From an uncultured Rhodospirillaceae bacterium (lineage in GTDB: Bacteria; Pseudomonadota; Alphaproteobacteria; UBA11136): 64,000 bases of DNA. Of this stretch, positions 21,108 through 32,609 are shown piece after piece. The translations under genes were made by a program, and so were the position numbers. Below the pieces are notes generated by a model that saw only the letters and a program-made list of their open reading frames with translations, made no database searches and was not told the DNA's origin. Position 1 is the first letter of the stretch, and each line of letters begins with the position of its first letter. The stretch is from the NCBI GenBank assembly GCA_964486105.1, contig CAZAKR010000012.1, positions 4,195 through 68,194 of the forward strand, given 5' to 3'.

Positions 21108-21616
21108 CTGGGAAAGAGCTTGAGCTGGCGCTTGAGTTCGATCATCTGAAGACAAGCCCGGGCGGCGCGTCCACCCTGATCACCCTTGTCAACCGCGGCC
21201 CGCGCCATCGCCTGTGCCTTGTTCTCGACGGTGAGAAGCCCAAAACCGACGGCAAGGGTACATTCCCGCGCCAGTTCCATGACCCCATGGGTCGCCTCGT
21301 GACAGACATGATCGTAATGGCTGGTTTCGCCGCGGATGACACAGCCGAGAACGACAAAACCGTCAAAGCGGCGAAACTCCTGGGAAAATTCCTTGGCCCG
21401 CAGGGCGTAGCGGATAGCGGCGGGAATTTCCAGGGCGCCGGGGACCTTCACGGAGCGATAGGGCGTATTGTTCTCTTCGAGAACCTTGACCGCCCCTTTT
21501 GACAGCTCACCGCAAATATCGGTGTAAAAAGGCGCCTCGACAATCAGGATATGAGGCTTATCCGCCTGGTCGAGTACATCACCCTCAATTTCGAAGATTG
21601 GTAAATCGTCACTCAT
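21104..21616 (-). CDS. ribH: 6,7-dimethyl-8-ribityllumazine synthase
   Basis: VPGALEIP, LGCVIRGETSHYD, FGLLT. Confidence 0.95.
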   Translation of the reverse strand: MSDDLPIFEIEGDVLDQADKPHILIVEAPFYTDICGELSKGAVKVLEENNTPYRSVKVPGALEIPAAIRYALRAKEFSQEFRRFDGFVVLGCVIRGETSHYDHVCHEATHGVMELARECTLAVGFGLLTVENKAQAMARAAVDKGDQGGRAARACLQMIELKRQLKLFPR

Positions 21617-22781
21617 CGATCTGGCCTCCCTGATATTCCTCAACGTCCCCGGCCTCAAGGGGCCGCTGTTCAACCACGCTCAGCCCATACCCGTCGAGGC
21701 CGATGATGGTGCGTCTGGTGTTCGATAGCAAGATCATATCCTTTATGCCGAGGTCCAGCAAAATTTGCGCGCCGACGCCGTAATCCCTGAGCTGGGCCGC
21801 CGGTTGATCGCTTTTCTCAACGCTCTTTTCGCCGCCTTCCACACTCTGCACCTTCAACCGCTCCAAGAGGCTGGTCGGGCGCGGTTCGCGGATAAGAACG
21901 ACCACACCGCGCCCCTCCTCACCAATCATCCGCATTGCCGATTGCAGGGCGCCGCCGTGACCGGAATGACTGTCACCCAGAACGTCTTCAAGAACGTTCA
22001 GCCCATGCATGCGCACCAGAACCGGGTCAGGGGTTGTAATATCTCCCTTCACCAGGGCGATATGTTCGGCATAGGCCACCCGGTTGACGTAAACGATCAT
22101 TCTGAAATCGCCGCCGTGAATGCTGTTAAAGCGGGTCTCCAATACCGGATCGACGACTTTTTCGGTGCGGCGGCGATATTCGATGAGATCGGAAATAGTC
22201 GCGATCTTGAGATCGTGCGCCTTGGCGAAGGTAACGAGATCGGGCAGACGGGCCATGGTGCCGTCGTCATTCATGATCTCGCAAATGACGCCGGAGGGAT
22301 CACGACCGGCCAGGCGCGCGATATCGACCGCCGCCTCGGTGTGACCGGCGCGGACCAGCACGCCGCCGTCCCGCGCCACCAGCGGAAAAACATGCCCCGG
22401 CGAAACGATATCACCGGGCTGTGAGGCCGGATCGATAGCAGCCGAGATAGTGCGGGCGCGATCGGCCGCCGAAATTCCCGTCGTCACCCCTTCGCGGGCC
22501 TCGATGGAAACCGTAAAGGCGGTTTGATGACGCGAGGCGTTTTCCGTCGACATCAGCGGCAGGCCGAGCTTGTCGATGCGCGCCGAAGTCAGCGACAGAC
22601 AGATCAGCCCGCGCCCGTGCTTGGCCATGAAGTTAACCGATTGGGCATCCGCCATGTCGGCGGGAACAACCAGATCGCCCTCATTCTCACGGTCTTCGTC
22701 ATCGACAAGAATAAACATGCGCCCGGCCCGCGCCTCGTCGATCACCTCTTCAATCTTTGAGAGATAGTCTTTGTCACTCAT
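21609..22781 (-). CDS. ribB: 3,4-dihydroxy-2-butanone-4-phosphate synthase with degenerate GTP cyclohydrolase II domain
   Basis: [26 protein letters not shown]-terminal domain keeps [10 protein letters not shown] but lacks the Zn cysteines. Confidence 0.93.
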   Translation of the reverse strand: MSDKDYLSKIEEVIDEARAGRMFILVDDEDRENEGDLVVPADMADAQSVNFMAKHGRGLICLSLTSARIDKLGLPLMSTENASRHQTAFTVSIEAREGVTTGISAADRARTISAAIDPASQPGDIVSPGHVFPLVARDGGVLVRAGHTEAAVDIARLAGRDPSGVICEIMNDDGTMARLPDLVTFAKAHDLKIATISDLIEYRRRTEKVVDPVLETRFNSIHGGDFRMIVYVNRVAYAEHIALVKGDITTPDPVLVRMHGLNVLEDVLGDSHSGHGGALQSAMRMIGEEGRGVVVLIREPRPTSLLERLKVQSVEGGEKSVEKSDQPAAQLRDYGVGAQILLDLGIKDMILLSNTRRTIIGLDGYGLSVVEQRPLEAGDVEEYQGGQIDE

Positions 22782-23383
22782 CGCCGGTCCTCCTGGAGAC
22801 GTGCTTCCTCGAGGCGGGCGACATAGCGGGCCAGCATATCAATTTCAAGATTGAGGCGGTCGCCGGTTTTTAGATTGCCGAAGGTGGTGTTGTCCCGGGT
22901 ATGGCCGATAATGTTGACCCCGAAACGCTCGCCTTCGACCCAGTTGACGGTCAGGGACACCCCGTCAAGGGCCACCGATCCTTTTGTCGCGATGTAGGCC
23001 ATAAGTTCCTCGGGCGCGGTGAATGTAAAAGCCAGGCTGTCGCCCTCTTCCTCAAGACCTGAAACTTCCGCCACCCCGTCCACATGACCTGAAACGATGT
23101 GGCCGCCCATCTCGTCACCGAGCCTCAAAGAGCGCTCGAAATTTACGCGACTTCCCTCGGCCCAACTCCCCAGTGTCGTCTTTGACAGGGTTTCGGCCGA
23201 TGCGGCGACGGCGAACCAGTCCGGCCCCTTGTCGATAACCGTAAGGCAGACCCCTGAACAGGCGACAGACGCGCCAAGCTCCAGATCGCCGGTTTCAAGA
23301 CCGGTTTTGAATGTATAGGTGACGTCGCCGTTCCTCGTTATGGAACGCACCTCGCCTCTGTCTTTAACGATCCCGGTAAACAT
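22778..23383 (-). CDS. ribE: Riboflavin synthase (alpha chain)
   Basis: MFTGIV, GVCLTV, GGHIVSGHVD, GSVALDGVSLTVN. Confidence 0.96.
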   Translation of the reverse strand: MFTGIVKDRGEVRSITRNGDVTYTFKTGLETGDLELGASVACSGVCLTVIDKGPDWFAVAASAETLSKTTLGSWAEGSRVNFERSLRLGDEMGGHIVSGHVDGVAEVSGLEEEGDSLAFTFTAPEELMAYIATKGSVALDGVSLTVNWVEGERFGVNIIGHTRDNTTFGNLKTGDRLNLEIDMLARYVARLEEARLQEDRR

Positions 23384-23389
23384 GGGCGC

Positions 23390-24559
23390 TTAGTTCAATC
23401 CTCCGGTTTCAGTGCGGCGCTCAAAAACTTCCATTGTGTCCTCGCCACAAAGGACGCGTTCCACAGGGGTGAAATCGGCTGTTTGGGACAATCTGTCAAC
23501 GCCAAAGGGCGCGGTGGCGGAAATTCCATCGCCGCCCATGATCCGCGGAGAGCGGAACCAGACCAGACGGTCAACCAGATCGGCCCGGATCAGCGAGGCC
23601 GCCAGATGAGATCCACCTTCGACAAGAAGACGGGTAATACCGCGCTCACCCATCGCCTTAAGCGCCTCAACGAGATCGAGGTTACTGTCCCCGTCGGTGC
23701 CGATTTCAATAACCTCTACTCCACATTCCCGGAAGGCCTGGACGCGTGTGGGGTCGCAATCCTGCCGGGTCAGAATCCAGGTCGGGCGATCCCTGGCCGT
23801 CATAACAAGGCGGCTGGTAAGGGCCAGGCGCAAACGGGAATCGATGACGATACGCAGAGGCGAGGAATCTTCCAATCCCTCAAGGCGACAATCAAGCATC
23901 GGGTCATCGGCCAAGGCCGTGCCCGAACCGACCATCACCGCGTCGTGATCCATGCGCAAAGCCTGAACCCGGCGTCGGGAGGCCATGCCGGTGATCCAGC
24001 GGCTTTCACCCCGATGGGTGGCGATGCATCCATCAAGTGTCGTCGCCAGCTTCAGGGTGACCAGAGGGCGGCCCAGCGTAGTGGCGAGGATAAATCCGGC
24101 ATTCAGGGCCTCGGCCTCGTTCCGGCGCACGCCCATGGTGACTTCTATTCCGGCATCTTCGAGCATTGCCACTCCCTTGCCCGATACCCGCGGGTCGGGA
24201 TCGGATGCGGCGACAACGACCCGGACGACACCCGCATCGATCAAAGCCTGGGCGCAGGGCGGGGTTTCGCCAAAATGGGCGCAGGGTTCCAGAGAGACAT
24301 AAGCGGTGGCCCCTCGGGCCAGATCGCCGGCGCGGGAAAGGGCCTGGGTTTCGCCGTGGGGGCGACCAAAGGGCTGGGTCCAGCCCCGACCGACAATGCG
24401 CCCGAAAGAAGAAGACCCAAGATCGGGACGCACCAGAATGCAGCCGACAGCCGGATTTGGCCAGACACGACCAAGCCCTCGCCGGGCGAGCCTTAAACTC
24501 GCGGCGATGAGGTGGTCATCCAGGGCCTCATTCTTTGGATTCGGTTTCGCCTTCGTCAC
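23390..24559 (-). CDS. ribD: Riboflavin biosynthesis deaminase/reductase
   Basis: PNPAVGC, HGE, LEPC.H.G.TPPC, S.WITG, VEGG. Confidence 0.96.
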   Translation of the reverse strand: MTKAKPNPKNEALDDHLIAASLRLARRGLGRVWPNPAVGCILVRPDLGSSSFGRIVGRGWTQPFGRPHGETQALSRAGDLARGATAYVSLEPCAHFGETPPCAQALIDAGVVRVVVAASDPDPRVSGKGVAMLEDAGIEVTMGVRRNEAEALNAGFILATTLGRPLVTLKLATTLDGCIATHRGESRWITGMASRRRVQALRMDHDAVMVGSGTALADDPMLDCRLEGLEDSSPLRIVIDSRLRLALTSRLVMTARDRPTWILTRQDCDPTRVQAFRECGVEVIEIGTDGDSNLDLVEALKAMGERGITRLLVEGGSHLAASLIRADLVDRLVWFRSPRIMGGDGISATAPFGVDRLSQTADFTPVERVLCGEDTMEVFERRTETGGLN

Positions 24560-25001
24560 TCAGTTTACCCACGAAGTCCTCAAAATCCTTGGCCTCGCGG
24601 AAATTACGATAGACCGATGCAAACCGCACATAGGCGACCTGATCGAGCTGGGCCAGGGCGTCCATCACCATTTCACCGATTGTTTCGGTGGGAATTTCAT
24701 TCTCACCGGAACTTTCCAGACGACGCTGGATACTGTTGACCACCCGTTCGATCTGTTCTGAATCGACGGGAAGTTTCCGGCAGGAAATAGAGATGGAACG
24801 GATTAGTTTTTCACGATCGAAAGGTGCGCGCCGCCCGTTTCGTTTAAGAACCGTTAGTTCACGGATTTGAATCCGCTCGAATGTGGTGAACCTGGATCCG
24901 CAAGCCGTGCACATACGGCGACGACGGATAGCGGAATTATCCTCCGTCGGACGCGAATCCTTCACCTGAGTATCTTCGTTACCACAAAACGGACAGCGCA
25001 T
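24528..25001 (-). CDS. nrdR: Transcriptional repressor NrdR
   Basis: MRCPFC...[27 protein letters not shown]. Confidence 0.98.
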   Translation of the reverse strand: MRCPFCGNEDTQVKDSRPTEDNSAIRRRRMCTACGSRFTTFERIQIRELTVLKRNGRRAPFDREKLIRSISISCRKLPVDSEQIERVVNSIQRRLESSGENEIPTETIGEMVMDALAQLDQVAYVRFASVYRNFREAKDFEDFVGKLSDEGETESKE

Positions 25002-25025
25002 GTTCTTACCCCACTCTTAAAAAGT

Positions 25026-26312
25026 TTACAGTGCCTCCGGATAAATCGGGAAACGCCCGCATAGTTCTTCGACCTTGGCTTTTACCGCGCCTTCAACGGC
25101 GCTGTTATCATCCGGATTAGCCGCAAGCCCATCGAGAACGTCGCCGATCAGCTCACCGACAAGATGGAATTCTTCCTTGCCGAAGCCGCGGCTGGTCGCC
25201 GCCGGTGTGCCGAGACGCACACCCGAGGTCACCATCGGCTTTTCGGGATCGAAAGGAACACCGTTCTTGTTACAGGTAATCGCAGCGTTCTCCATGCTTG
25301 CCTCGGCGGCCTTGCCGGTCAACTTCTTGGGCCGCAGATCGACCAGCATCAGATGGGTGTCGGTACCGCCGGAAACGATATCAAGACCGCGCTCGACCAT
25401 CACCTCGGCCAGTTCGTGAGCATTATCGACCACCGACTGGATATAAGACTTGAATTGAGGCTGAAGCGCCTCGCCGAAGGCCACCGCCTTGGCGGCGATG
25501 ACGTGCATCAGTGGACCGCCCTGAAGGCCGGGGAAGATCGCCGAGTTGATCTTTTTGGCGATGTCTTCGTTATTGGTCAGCACCATGCCGCCTCTGGGAC
25601 CGCGCAGGGTCTTGTGGGTGGTGGTGGTCACCACGTCGGCAATCGGCAGCGGGCTGGGATGCAACCCGGTGGCGACGAGGCCGGCGAAATGGGCCATATC
25701 GACCATCAACAATGCGCCAACTTCGTCGGCGATGGCGCGGAATTTTTGAAAATCGATGATCCGCGGATAGGCCGAACCGCCGGCGATGATAAGTTTCGGC
25801 TTGTGTTCCCTGGCCAGCTTTTCGACTTCGTCGAAATCAATGCGGTGGTCATCCTTACGCACGCCGTACTGAACGGCGTTGAACCACTTGCCGGATTCGT
25901 TGGGCGGAGCGCCATGAGTCAGGTGACCACCGGCGGCAAGGGACATGCCCATGATGGTGTCGCCGGGCTTGATCAGGGCGAGAAACACCGACTGATTGGC
26001 CTGGGAACCGGAATGGGCCTGAACGTTAACGAAACCACAATTGAATAATTTCTTGGCGCGGTCGATGGCGAGCTGTTCGACAACATCGACATGTTCACAA
26101 CCGCCGTAATAGCGCCGGCCGGGGTACCCTTCAGCGTATTTGTTGGTCAACAGGGTGCCCTGGGCCTCCATCACCGCGCGGGAAACAATATTTTCCGAAG
26201 CGATAAGTTCGATCTGGTTACTCTGGCGCGTATATTCGTCACGAATGGCCTGGACGATATCCTGGTCGGCTTGCGTGAGATGGGTGCCAAAGAAACTGCT
26301 CTGATTAGTCAT
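25026..26312 (-). CDS. glyA: Serine hydroxymethyltransferase
   Basis: [37 protein letters not shown]. Confidence 0.98.
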   Translation of the reverse strand: MTNQSSFFGTHLTQADQDIVQAIRDEYTRQSNQIELIASENIVSRAVMEAQGTLLTNKYAEGYPGRRYYGGCEHVDVVEQLAIDRAKKLFNCGFVNVQAHSGSQANQSVFLALIKPGDTIMGMSLAAGGHLTHGAPPNESGKWFNAVQYGVRKDDHRIDFDEVEKLAREHKPKLIIAGGSAYPRIIDFQKFRAIADEVGALLMVDMAHFAGLVATGLHPSPLPIADVVTTTTHKTLRGPRGGMVLTNNEDIAKKINSAIFPGLQGGPLMHVIAAKAVAFGEALQPQFKSYIQSVVDNAHELAEVMVERGLDIVSGGTDTHLMLVDLRPKKLTGKAAEASMENAAITCNKNGVPFDPEKPMVTSGVRLGTPAATSRGFGKEEFHLVGELIGDVLDGLAANPDDNSAVEGAVKAKVEELCGRFPIYPEAL

Positions 26313-26384
26313 TTGTAATTCTTTCCTTCCATAAACCCCCCTGCTCCGCGGACCACCCCGCTAAAAACAGAAGGCACAAAATAT

Positions 26385-26819
26385 TCAACCCATTTTGGCG
26401 ACACGTCGCGCATGCCGCCCGTCTTCAAATTCGGTTGCCAGAAACACCCGCAGGCAATCCTTGGCCACTTCTTCACCGATGACCCGTTCTCCCAGAACCA
26501 GGACATTGGCGTCATTGTGCTGACGCGAGAGCCGTGCCGTCAGAGCGTCATGACAGAGCGCCGCCCGAATGCCGGAATGCCGGTTGACGGCGATGCTCAT
26601 GCCGATGCCGCTTCCGCAGATCAGCACGCCTCTGGCCGATTTATCCTTCAACACTTCATCAGCAAGTGCATTGGCGTAATCTGGATAGTCCACTGATTCC
26701 GGCCCATCCGTACCAAGGTCTAGCACATCGTATCCGAGGGAGGAAAGTTCCTCCTTCAACACCGATTTAAGGCGGATACCGCCGTGATCCGAGGCAATAA
26801 CGATGCTTTTTTGACCCAT
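26385..26819 (-). CDS. rpiB: Ribose-5-phosphate isomerase B
   Basis: IASDHGG, DYPD, CGSGIGMSI..N, HNDANVL, GRH.RRV. Confidence 0.96.
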   Translation of the reverse strand: MGQKSIVIASDHGGIRLKSVLKEELSSLGYDVLDLGTDGPESVDYPDYANALADEVLKDKSARGVLICGSGIGMSIAVNRHSGIRAALCHDALTARLSRQHNDANVLVLGERVIGEEVAKDCLRVFLATEFEDGRHARRVAKMG

Positions 26820-27211
26820 GGGCGAACTCAACTGGAAAGAAACCCCAACTGGATGCCTAATAAAACGGCTGAGGTTCCAGGACAACAGAAAAACCGGCGT
26901 TCGCTTAAGAAATTAACTTCCTCCACGACCGACCCACAAATACCAGATGTCGGCAAATCATGCCACCCTCCACAAAATCTACCAAGCCGAGAGGAAATCT
27001 TCCAAAAATTGCCCCAAGATAAAGAAATACCCTCGTATGAAAGAACAAGAAGATCAGCCTGTAACCAACGGCAAATTTCCAATTAAAACATTACAAAAAA
27101 AGTGTTTAATAAGGTCTGGTCACGGGCAATATAGTTGACATGCAATAACAACAATGTATTAAATAGTTAAATCTTACTTTAACTTATTTCTTTCCCGGAA
27201 GGCTTTAGGAA

Positions 27212-27628
27212 ATGAGTGAAATTGACAGCACCAATGAAACGTTACTGGCAATTACCTCAAGCGTTGTTAGCGCCTATGTGAGCAACCACAGCCATTCATC
27301 GGCCCGGTTGCCTGAGCTTATTACGACGGTTCACAGCACATTAGCCGCATTGGGAAAAGCTGGTACCGGCAAGGGGGGCAGCGCCAAACCGGCGGTCTCG
27401 ATCCGCAAATCCATCACCCCGGCTTATCTGGTCTGCCTGGAAGACGGCAAAAGACTGAAAATGCTCAAGCGCCACCTGCGCACCGCCTATAACCTGACCC
27501 CCGATCAATACCGGGCAAAATGGGGACTCTCGGTGGATTATCCCATGGTAGCACCGAATTACGCCAAACAGCGCTCTGAATTCGCCAAAAAGATCGGCCT
27601 TGGCCGCAAAAAAGGCGCCCACCCCTAA
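27212..27628 (+). CDS. mucR: MucR/Ros family transcriptional regulator
   Basis: SAYVSN, PAVSIRKSI, CLEDGK.LKMLKRHL, YPMVAPNYA; preceded by an AT-rich intergenic region. Confidence 0.93.
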   Translation: MSEIDSTNETLLAITSSVVSAYVSNHSHSSARLPELITTVHSTLAALGKAGTGKGGSAKPAVSIRKSITPAYLVCLEDGKRLKMLKRHLRTAYNLTPDQYRAKWGLSVDYPMVAPNYAKQRSEFAKKIGLGRKKGAHP

Positions 27629-27670
27629 TTTCCAAACCGCGGAGACTGCCTGATACCAGGCTGCTTAATG

Positions 27671-29236
27671 TCAGGCAGCCCGTTTGCCGCTGATCTCGCC
27701 CGCCTTAAGGCGGCGCCAATACTCAGCCAGATCATTTTTCAGCCCCGGAGCGAGAAAAAACATGCCGATGGCGTTGGGAAAAGCCATGGCGAAAATCATC
27801 GCATCGGAAAATCCGATGACCTTGACCAGTTCCATCTCCGAGCCGAGGATGACAAAGACACAGAAGATAATCTTGAATGTATTCCCGGCAACTTTCGTCT
27901 CACCGAAAATATAGGTCCAGGATTTCAGTCCGTAATAGGACCATGTAATCAGGGTGGAAAAGGCGAAAAGAATAACCGCCACGGCGAGGATATAGGGAAA
28001 CCAGTCAAAAGCCGTGGCAAAGGCCGATGAGGTCATTTCCACCCCGCGCATGCCGCTGCCGTCCTGATAGACCCCGGAAATAATGATGACCAGCGCCGTC
28101 ATCGTACAAATGACCACCGTATCGATTATCGGCTCGAGGAGGGACAGAAAACCCACCGACAGAGGCTCATCGGTGCGCACGGCTGAATAGGCGATCGGGG
28201 CCGAGCCAATCCCAGCCTCGTTGGAAAAGGTCGCCCGCTGAAAGCCCCACATCAAAACACCGATCAAGCCGCCATAGCCGGCTTGCGGGGTGAAGGCGCC
28301 GACAAAAATCTCGCGGAAGGCAGCCGGAATATTCTCAAAATTGGTGATCAGAATAACCACCGCCGCCAGAATGTAGACACCTCCCATGAAGGGAACGATC
28401 TTTTCGGTTACCCGGGCGATGCTTTTGATCCCACCGATGATAACCAGGCCGACGATAGACGAAAGGATAAGGCCAAAAACCCAGCCATTGGCGACAAAGC
28501 CCGCGCCGTCGGTAACATTGGCGAATTGCTGAAAGGCCTGGTTGGCCTGGAACATATTTCCCGCCCCCAATGCCCCGCCAACGCACATAAAGGCGAAAAA
28601 GATCGCCAGCCCCTGGCCCAGCCTGGGAAAGCCAATCTCTGTCAGGCCACGAGAGAGATAATACATCGGCCCGCCCGATACCGATCCGTCTTCATGAACC
28701 ACCCGGTATTTGGCGCCGAGCGAACATTCGACGAATTTCGACGCCATGCCGAAAATAGCCGCCACGATCATCCACAAGGTCGCGCCGGGACCGCCCAGAG
28801 CGATGGCGGCGGCCACACCGGCGATGTTACCGAGCCCCACGGTGCCTGAAAGCGCCGCCGTAAGGGCCTGAAAGTGGGAAACCTCGCCGGGTTTTGAAGG
28901 GTCCGAATAGCGACCGCCGACGATTTGCAAGGCGTGGTGGAAACCCCAAAAGTTTATGAAACGGAAATAGAGGGTGAAAACCAGGGCGGTGAGGATCAGC
29001 CAGAGGACAACAACCGGCACCCTGGCCTCGCCATCGCCGATCTGAATGGAATAGAAAACGAAACCGCTAACCGCATCTGAAAACGGGGCCATGACTTCGT
29101 TAATTTTGTCGTCCCAGGCGGGACCGGCGGTTATTTCCGTCTCAGCCGCCCGGGCCGGATCAGTGGACATGAAAAATCCGGCCGTCATCAGACCAGTAAA
29201 AAAGATCGTAAAAATACCTCGCCGTAAATTCATCAA
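27671..29236 (-). CDS. Alanine/glycine:cation symporter (AGCS family)
   Basis: [43 protein letters not shown]. Confidence 0.93.
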   Translation of the reverse strand: MMNLRRGIFTIFFTGLMTAGFFMSTDPARAAETEITAGPAWDDKINEVMAPFSDAVSGFVFYSIQIGDGEARVPVVVLWLILTALVFTLYFRFINFWGFHHALQIVGGRYSDPSKPGEVSHFQALTAALSGTVGLGNIAGVAAAIALGGPGATLWMIVAAIFGMASKFVECSLGAKYRVVHEDGSVSGGPMYYLSRGLTEIGFPRLGQGLAIFFAFMCVGGALGAGNMFQANQAFQQFANVTDGAGFVANGWVFGLILSSIVGLVIIGGIKSIARVTEKIVPFMGGVYILAAVVILITNFENIPAAFREIFVGAFTPQAGYGGLIGVLMWGFQRATFSNEAGIGSAPIAYSAVRTDEPLSVGFLSLLEPIIDTVVICTMTALVIIISGVYQDGSGMRGVEMTSSAFATAFDWFPYILAVAVILFAFSTLITWSYYGLKSWTYIFGETKVAGNTFKIIFCVFVILGSEMELVKVIGFSDAMIFAMAFPNAIGMFFLAPGLKNDLAEYWRRLKAGEISGKRAA

Positions 29237-29375
29237 CCTCTATACCTCGAGAGTAAAAGGAAAACAGATCAGGGAACAATAAACACCCCCCCCATCGGCG
29301 ACAAGACGGTTGCCAACAAACCGGGGAGCGATTTAAATATCCGATAACCTCAAAACATTGAAAACCGAGAATTAA

Positions 29376-29903
29376 ATGACCCCGTTTTCACGCCCTTTCG
29401 TCCTCGCCCTCGTGGTTTGCGTCCTTTGCGCCCCTGCCCTCTCATGGGCAGGCCAGGAAAAGGCGCCGCAAAAAATCCTCGTCTTCGATTTTGACCTGAT
29501 CGATTATGCCGATACCCTGAATGCGGGCCCCGACGAGGCCCATAAGAAACGCCTGCGTCTGGTTGCCGACGTCTTGCGGCAAGAACTCGAAGGATCGCCC
29601 CGTTTTGAAGTGGTTGATATCGATCTGGCCAGGGATATGCTCGAGGAAATGGGCACCCCCCCCAATTGCAGCGGCTGTGAGCTTGAGATCGCCCAGGAAC
29701 TGGGCGCAGATTTGGTTGGAATCGGTGTTGTTTCCAGGACCAGCAGCCTGATTCTGGATATCAGCTTTTACATTCTCGACGCCATGACCGGCAAGACCAT
29801 GTGGATCAAGGTCGTCGGCATCCGGGGCGATACAGACAATACCTATAGCCGTGGAATTAAATACATGGTGCGCAATTACCTGCTCAATAAAGATAAAAAA
29901 TAA
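29376..29903 (+). CDS. Periplasmic DUF3280/DUF2380-like protein
   Basis: Signal peptide; VFDFDL.D, C.GCE..IA..LGAD, IRGDTD....RG. Family assignment is from memory. Confidence 0.7.
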   Translation: MTPFSRPFVLALVVCVLCAPALSWAGQEKAPQKILVFDFDLIDYADTLNAGPDEAHKKRLRLVADVLRQELEGSPRFEVVDIDLARDMLEEMGTPPNCSGCELEIAQELGADLVGIGVVSRTSSLILDISFYILDAMTGKTMWIKVVGIRGDTDNTYSRGIKYMVRNYLLNKDKK

Positions 29904-29942
29904 ATGAAAAACCGGACGGGGCATCCGCTTAACCGGGAAAAT

Positions 29943-30149
29943 TTATTTTTTATTTTTTTTCTTTAAAACATAGTCGAGCTTTTCCACCGCCAGACGTTTG
30001 AGCGCCGGCTCGCCGCGCTTGGGGTCGCCGACAATCGATACCTCGATCAGGGAAAGAGGATCAACAGCCGAGACCTTGACGTACTTGCCGACCCGCCTGA
30101 ACTCAATCAGAACTTCACCCCCCCGTCTTTTAGGCGACATCGCCACCAA
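29943..30149 (-). CDS. Small conserved alphaproteobacterial protein (DUF6898-like)
   Basis: EV.IEF..VG.YVKVSAVDP....EVSIVG...L..LA..KL.Y pattern. Confidence 0.75.
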   Translation of the reverse strand: MVAMSPKRRGGEVLIEFRRVGKYVKVSAVDPLSLIEVSIVGDPKRGEPALKRLAVEKLDYVLKKKNKK

Positions 30150-30214
30150 CCTCTTTTATGTTCTGCTGCATCGAAGCATATTTTAACCAATTACGATGAG
30201 AGGAAAACAGCCCT

Positions 30215-30230
30215 TTAACGAGGCGTTAGC
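30215..30230. promoter_or_regulatory. CtrA-box-like site upstream of the histidine kinase
   Basis: TTAA-CGAGGCG-TTAGC against consensus TTAA-N7-TTAAC (one mismatch). Confidence 0.35.
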
Positions 30231-30378
30231 AGATCGCCCCAGCCTGCGATCCGTAATAATTACGGGAGCATCATCTAATATTCAGCTTGAGTGATTAAAA
30301 TCATATTGCTCTGGCTTCCCGGCGTTTATTTAGAAGTAACGTTAAAGGCCCTAAAGCCTGTTTTTTTGCAAAAAACCT

Positions 30379-32604
30379 ATGGACCGGATGAACCTCAAGC
30401 CACCTAATGGGATGAGCCGCCTTTGGGAAAATTTTAGCCGTGACTGGCGACAGATTCTTCCCATATCCCTGATTCTTGTTCTTGGGACCCTGTTCTCCCT
30501 TGCCGGGTATCGGTTTCTTGTCGAGAACACCCGGCAATTAAACGAAGTTGAGACCGAGCAGCATCTCCTTGCCTTTACGAATAAGTTCGAAGGGCAGTTC
30601 CATACCCACCTCCAGAGTCTCAATTTTATTCGCCAGTTGTTTTACGCCAGCGAAAGTGTCGATTCGGTAGAATTTGACATTTTTTCGAGAAATATTTTTA
30701 CCGAACTAAACGGCCTCAAGGGGCTGGCCTGGGCGCCCGTCTCAAGGAAGGATGGCGAAATCGGCAATGTCTCCCTGGCCTATGTTTATCCAAAAATGGA
30801 AAAACCCTTTATCCCGGGGTTTGATTTAAAATCCATTCCTGAACTGGCCGCCGACTTGACCAAGGCCACCCGGACAAATATCTCCGTCGTCGATATGCTG
30901 CCGGAAAGCCTTAAGGGTGAAAGATCCGGCAACATGATCTCATTCCTTCCAGTTTACGGCGGCCCAAATGCCAGCGTGGAGAAAAGGGGCAAGGAAAATC
31001 TCAACGGTTTCATCGTCGCCCTTCTTGATACAGGGCCGATTTTCAGTGGGGCCAATGCAGGACACGATCTCGACAAACGGGATTCTCTCGTTGTTGGAAA
31101 AGACAGGGATGGGACCTGGGATGATATTTTGTTCTCATACGATCCTTCGCCAATGAGTGAAACCGCCCCCCTGCAAGCCGGCCGCAAGGTAATTGAGTTT
31201 CCGCTTAATCTCGCCGACAAAAATTATTCAATCCGGTTTTATCCAGGCCCTGAAACCTTAAAACCGCATTCACTACGAAACGCGTTCTCGGCCCTTATCG
31301 GCGGCCTGTCTATCACCATTCTGATCGCCGCCTATTTCACAATCTCCACTGTGCGAAATATCGAAGTGCGTGCTCTGGCGCGGAAAATCTCGGATGCCAA
31401 CAGGGAACTGAATGCGGAAATCGACAAGGGCAGGCAAACCCGAACCGCTTTGGATGAAAGCAACCGACGTTTCCGCACCCTGGCCGACAACGCCCCCAAT
31501 ATTTTGTGGATGACCAATAAGGAGGGCACGACTACTTTCTTCAACAAGGCGTGGCTGGATTTCACCGGACGTGAAAGAGAATCTATCAACCCGGACCTCT
31601 GGCTTCACTTGCTGCATCCAGACGATCAGGAAGCCTGCCTCAATATCTTTCTCCAGGCCTTCGAGAACCACGCGAAGTTCGAGATGGAGTACAGGCTGCG
31701 CCGTCATGATGGCGAATACAGATGGATTCTCGATACCGGCTCTCCCCGGCTAACCAGTGAAGGGGATTTTTTGGGCTATATCGGTTCAGCCAGTGACATT
31801 ACCCCGCGCAAACGGGCCGAAGAGGCTCTGCGCCATACAAAAGATCTGGCCGAAAGCGCCAACCGCGCAAAATCCGCTTTCCTGGCCAACATGAGCCACG
31901 AACTTCGCACGCCGCTCAACGCGATTATCGGTTTTTCCGACTTGATGCTGAAAGAACTGTTCGGCCCCATCGAAAACGAGAAATACAGCCATTACGTCAA
32001 CGACATCAATGAAAGCGGCATCCTGCTTCTCAATGTCATCAACGATGTTCTCGACGTTTCCAAGGCTGAATCCGGCAAGCTTCAGATATCGGAAGAAAAG
32101 GTCCACATTCCCCAGGTGATCGAGGCCGCGGTCAAGATGATTGAGGTCAAGGCCAGGGATGGGGAATTAACCCTGACGCAAGACTTTCCTGAAAACCTGC
32201 CGCTCCTGCTGGCCGATGAAAGACTGGTGACCCAGATCCTCATCAACCTGCTTTCCAATGCCGTCAAATTTACACCTCAAGGCGGCGACGTCACTATCCA
32301 TGTGGAGATTGATAACGACAATCGTCTCAACCTGTCCGTTATCGACACCGGCATTGGCATCGCAAAGGAAGACATCCCCAAGGTGATGGCGTCGTTTGAA
32401 CAGTTGGATAACTGGATGTCCCGCAAGCATCAGGGAACCGGGCTTGGCCTTCCCCTGGTCAAATCCCTGATCGAGGCCCATCAGGGCGAGATCTTTATCG
32501 ACAGCGAGCCGGATCAGGGAACGACAGTGCTTGTCCGCTTTCCGGCCGCGCGGACAATTTTGGACAGCGCCAATAATAATCAGAATAATAGAAAAAGCGC
32601 CTGA
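30379..32604 (+). CDS. CHASE-PAS sensor histidine kinase of the PleC/DivJ-like group
   Basis: Two TMs around a periplasmic domain; PAS/PAC (EYRLRRHDGEYRW); H-box FLANMSHELRTPLNAIIGFS; N, G1 and G2 boxes. Confidence 0.92.
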   Translation: MDRMNLKPPNGMSRLWENFSRDWRQILPISLILVLGTLFSLAGYRFLVENTRQLNEVETEQHLLAFTNKFEGQFHTHLQSLNFIRQLFYASESVDSVEFDIFSRNIFTELNGLKGLAWAPVSRKDGEIGNVSLAYVYPKMEKPFIPGFDLKSIPELAADLTKATRTNISVVDMLPESLKGERSGNMISFLPVYGGPNASVEKRGKENLNGFIVALLDTGPIFSGANAGHDLDKRDSLVVGKDRDGTWDDILFSYDPSPMSETAPLQAGRKVIEFPLNLADKNYSIRFYPGPETLKPHSLRNAFSALIGGLSITILIAAYFTISTVRNIEVRALARKISDANRELNAEIDKGRQTRTALDESNRRFRTLADNAPNILWMTNKEGTTTFFNKAWLDFTGRERESINPDLWLHLLHPDDQEACLNIFLQAFENHAKFEMEYRLRRHDGEYRWILDTGSPRLTSEGDFLGYIGSASDITPRKRAEEALRHTKDLAESANRAKSAFLANMSHELRTPLNAIIGFSDLMLKELFGPIENEKYSHYVNDINESGILLLNVINDVLDVSKAESGKLQISEEKVHIPQVIEAAVKMIEVKARDGELTLTQDFPENLPLLLADERLVTQILINLLSNAVKFTPQGGDVTIHVEIDNDNRLNLSVIDTGIGIAKEDIPKVMASFEQLDNWMSRKHQGTGLGLPLVKSLIEAHQGEIFIDSEPDQGTTVLVRFPAARTILDSANNNQNNRKSA

Positions 32605-32609
32605 ACCGT

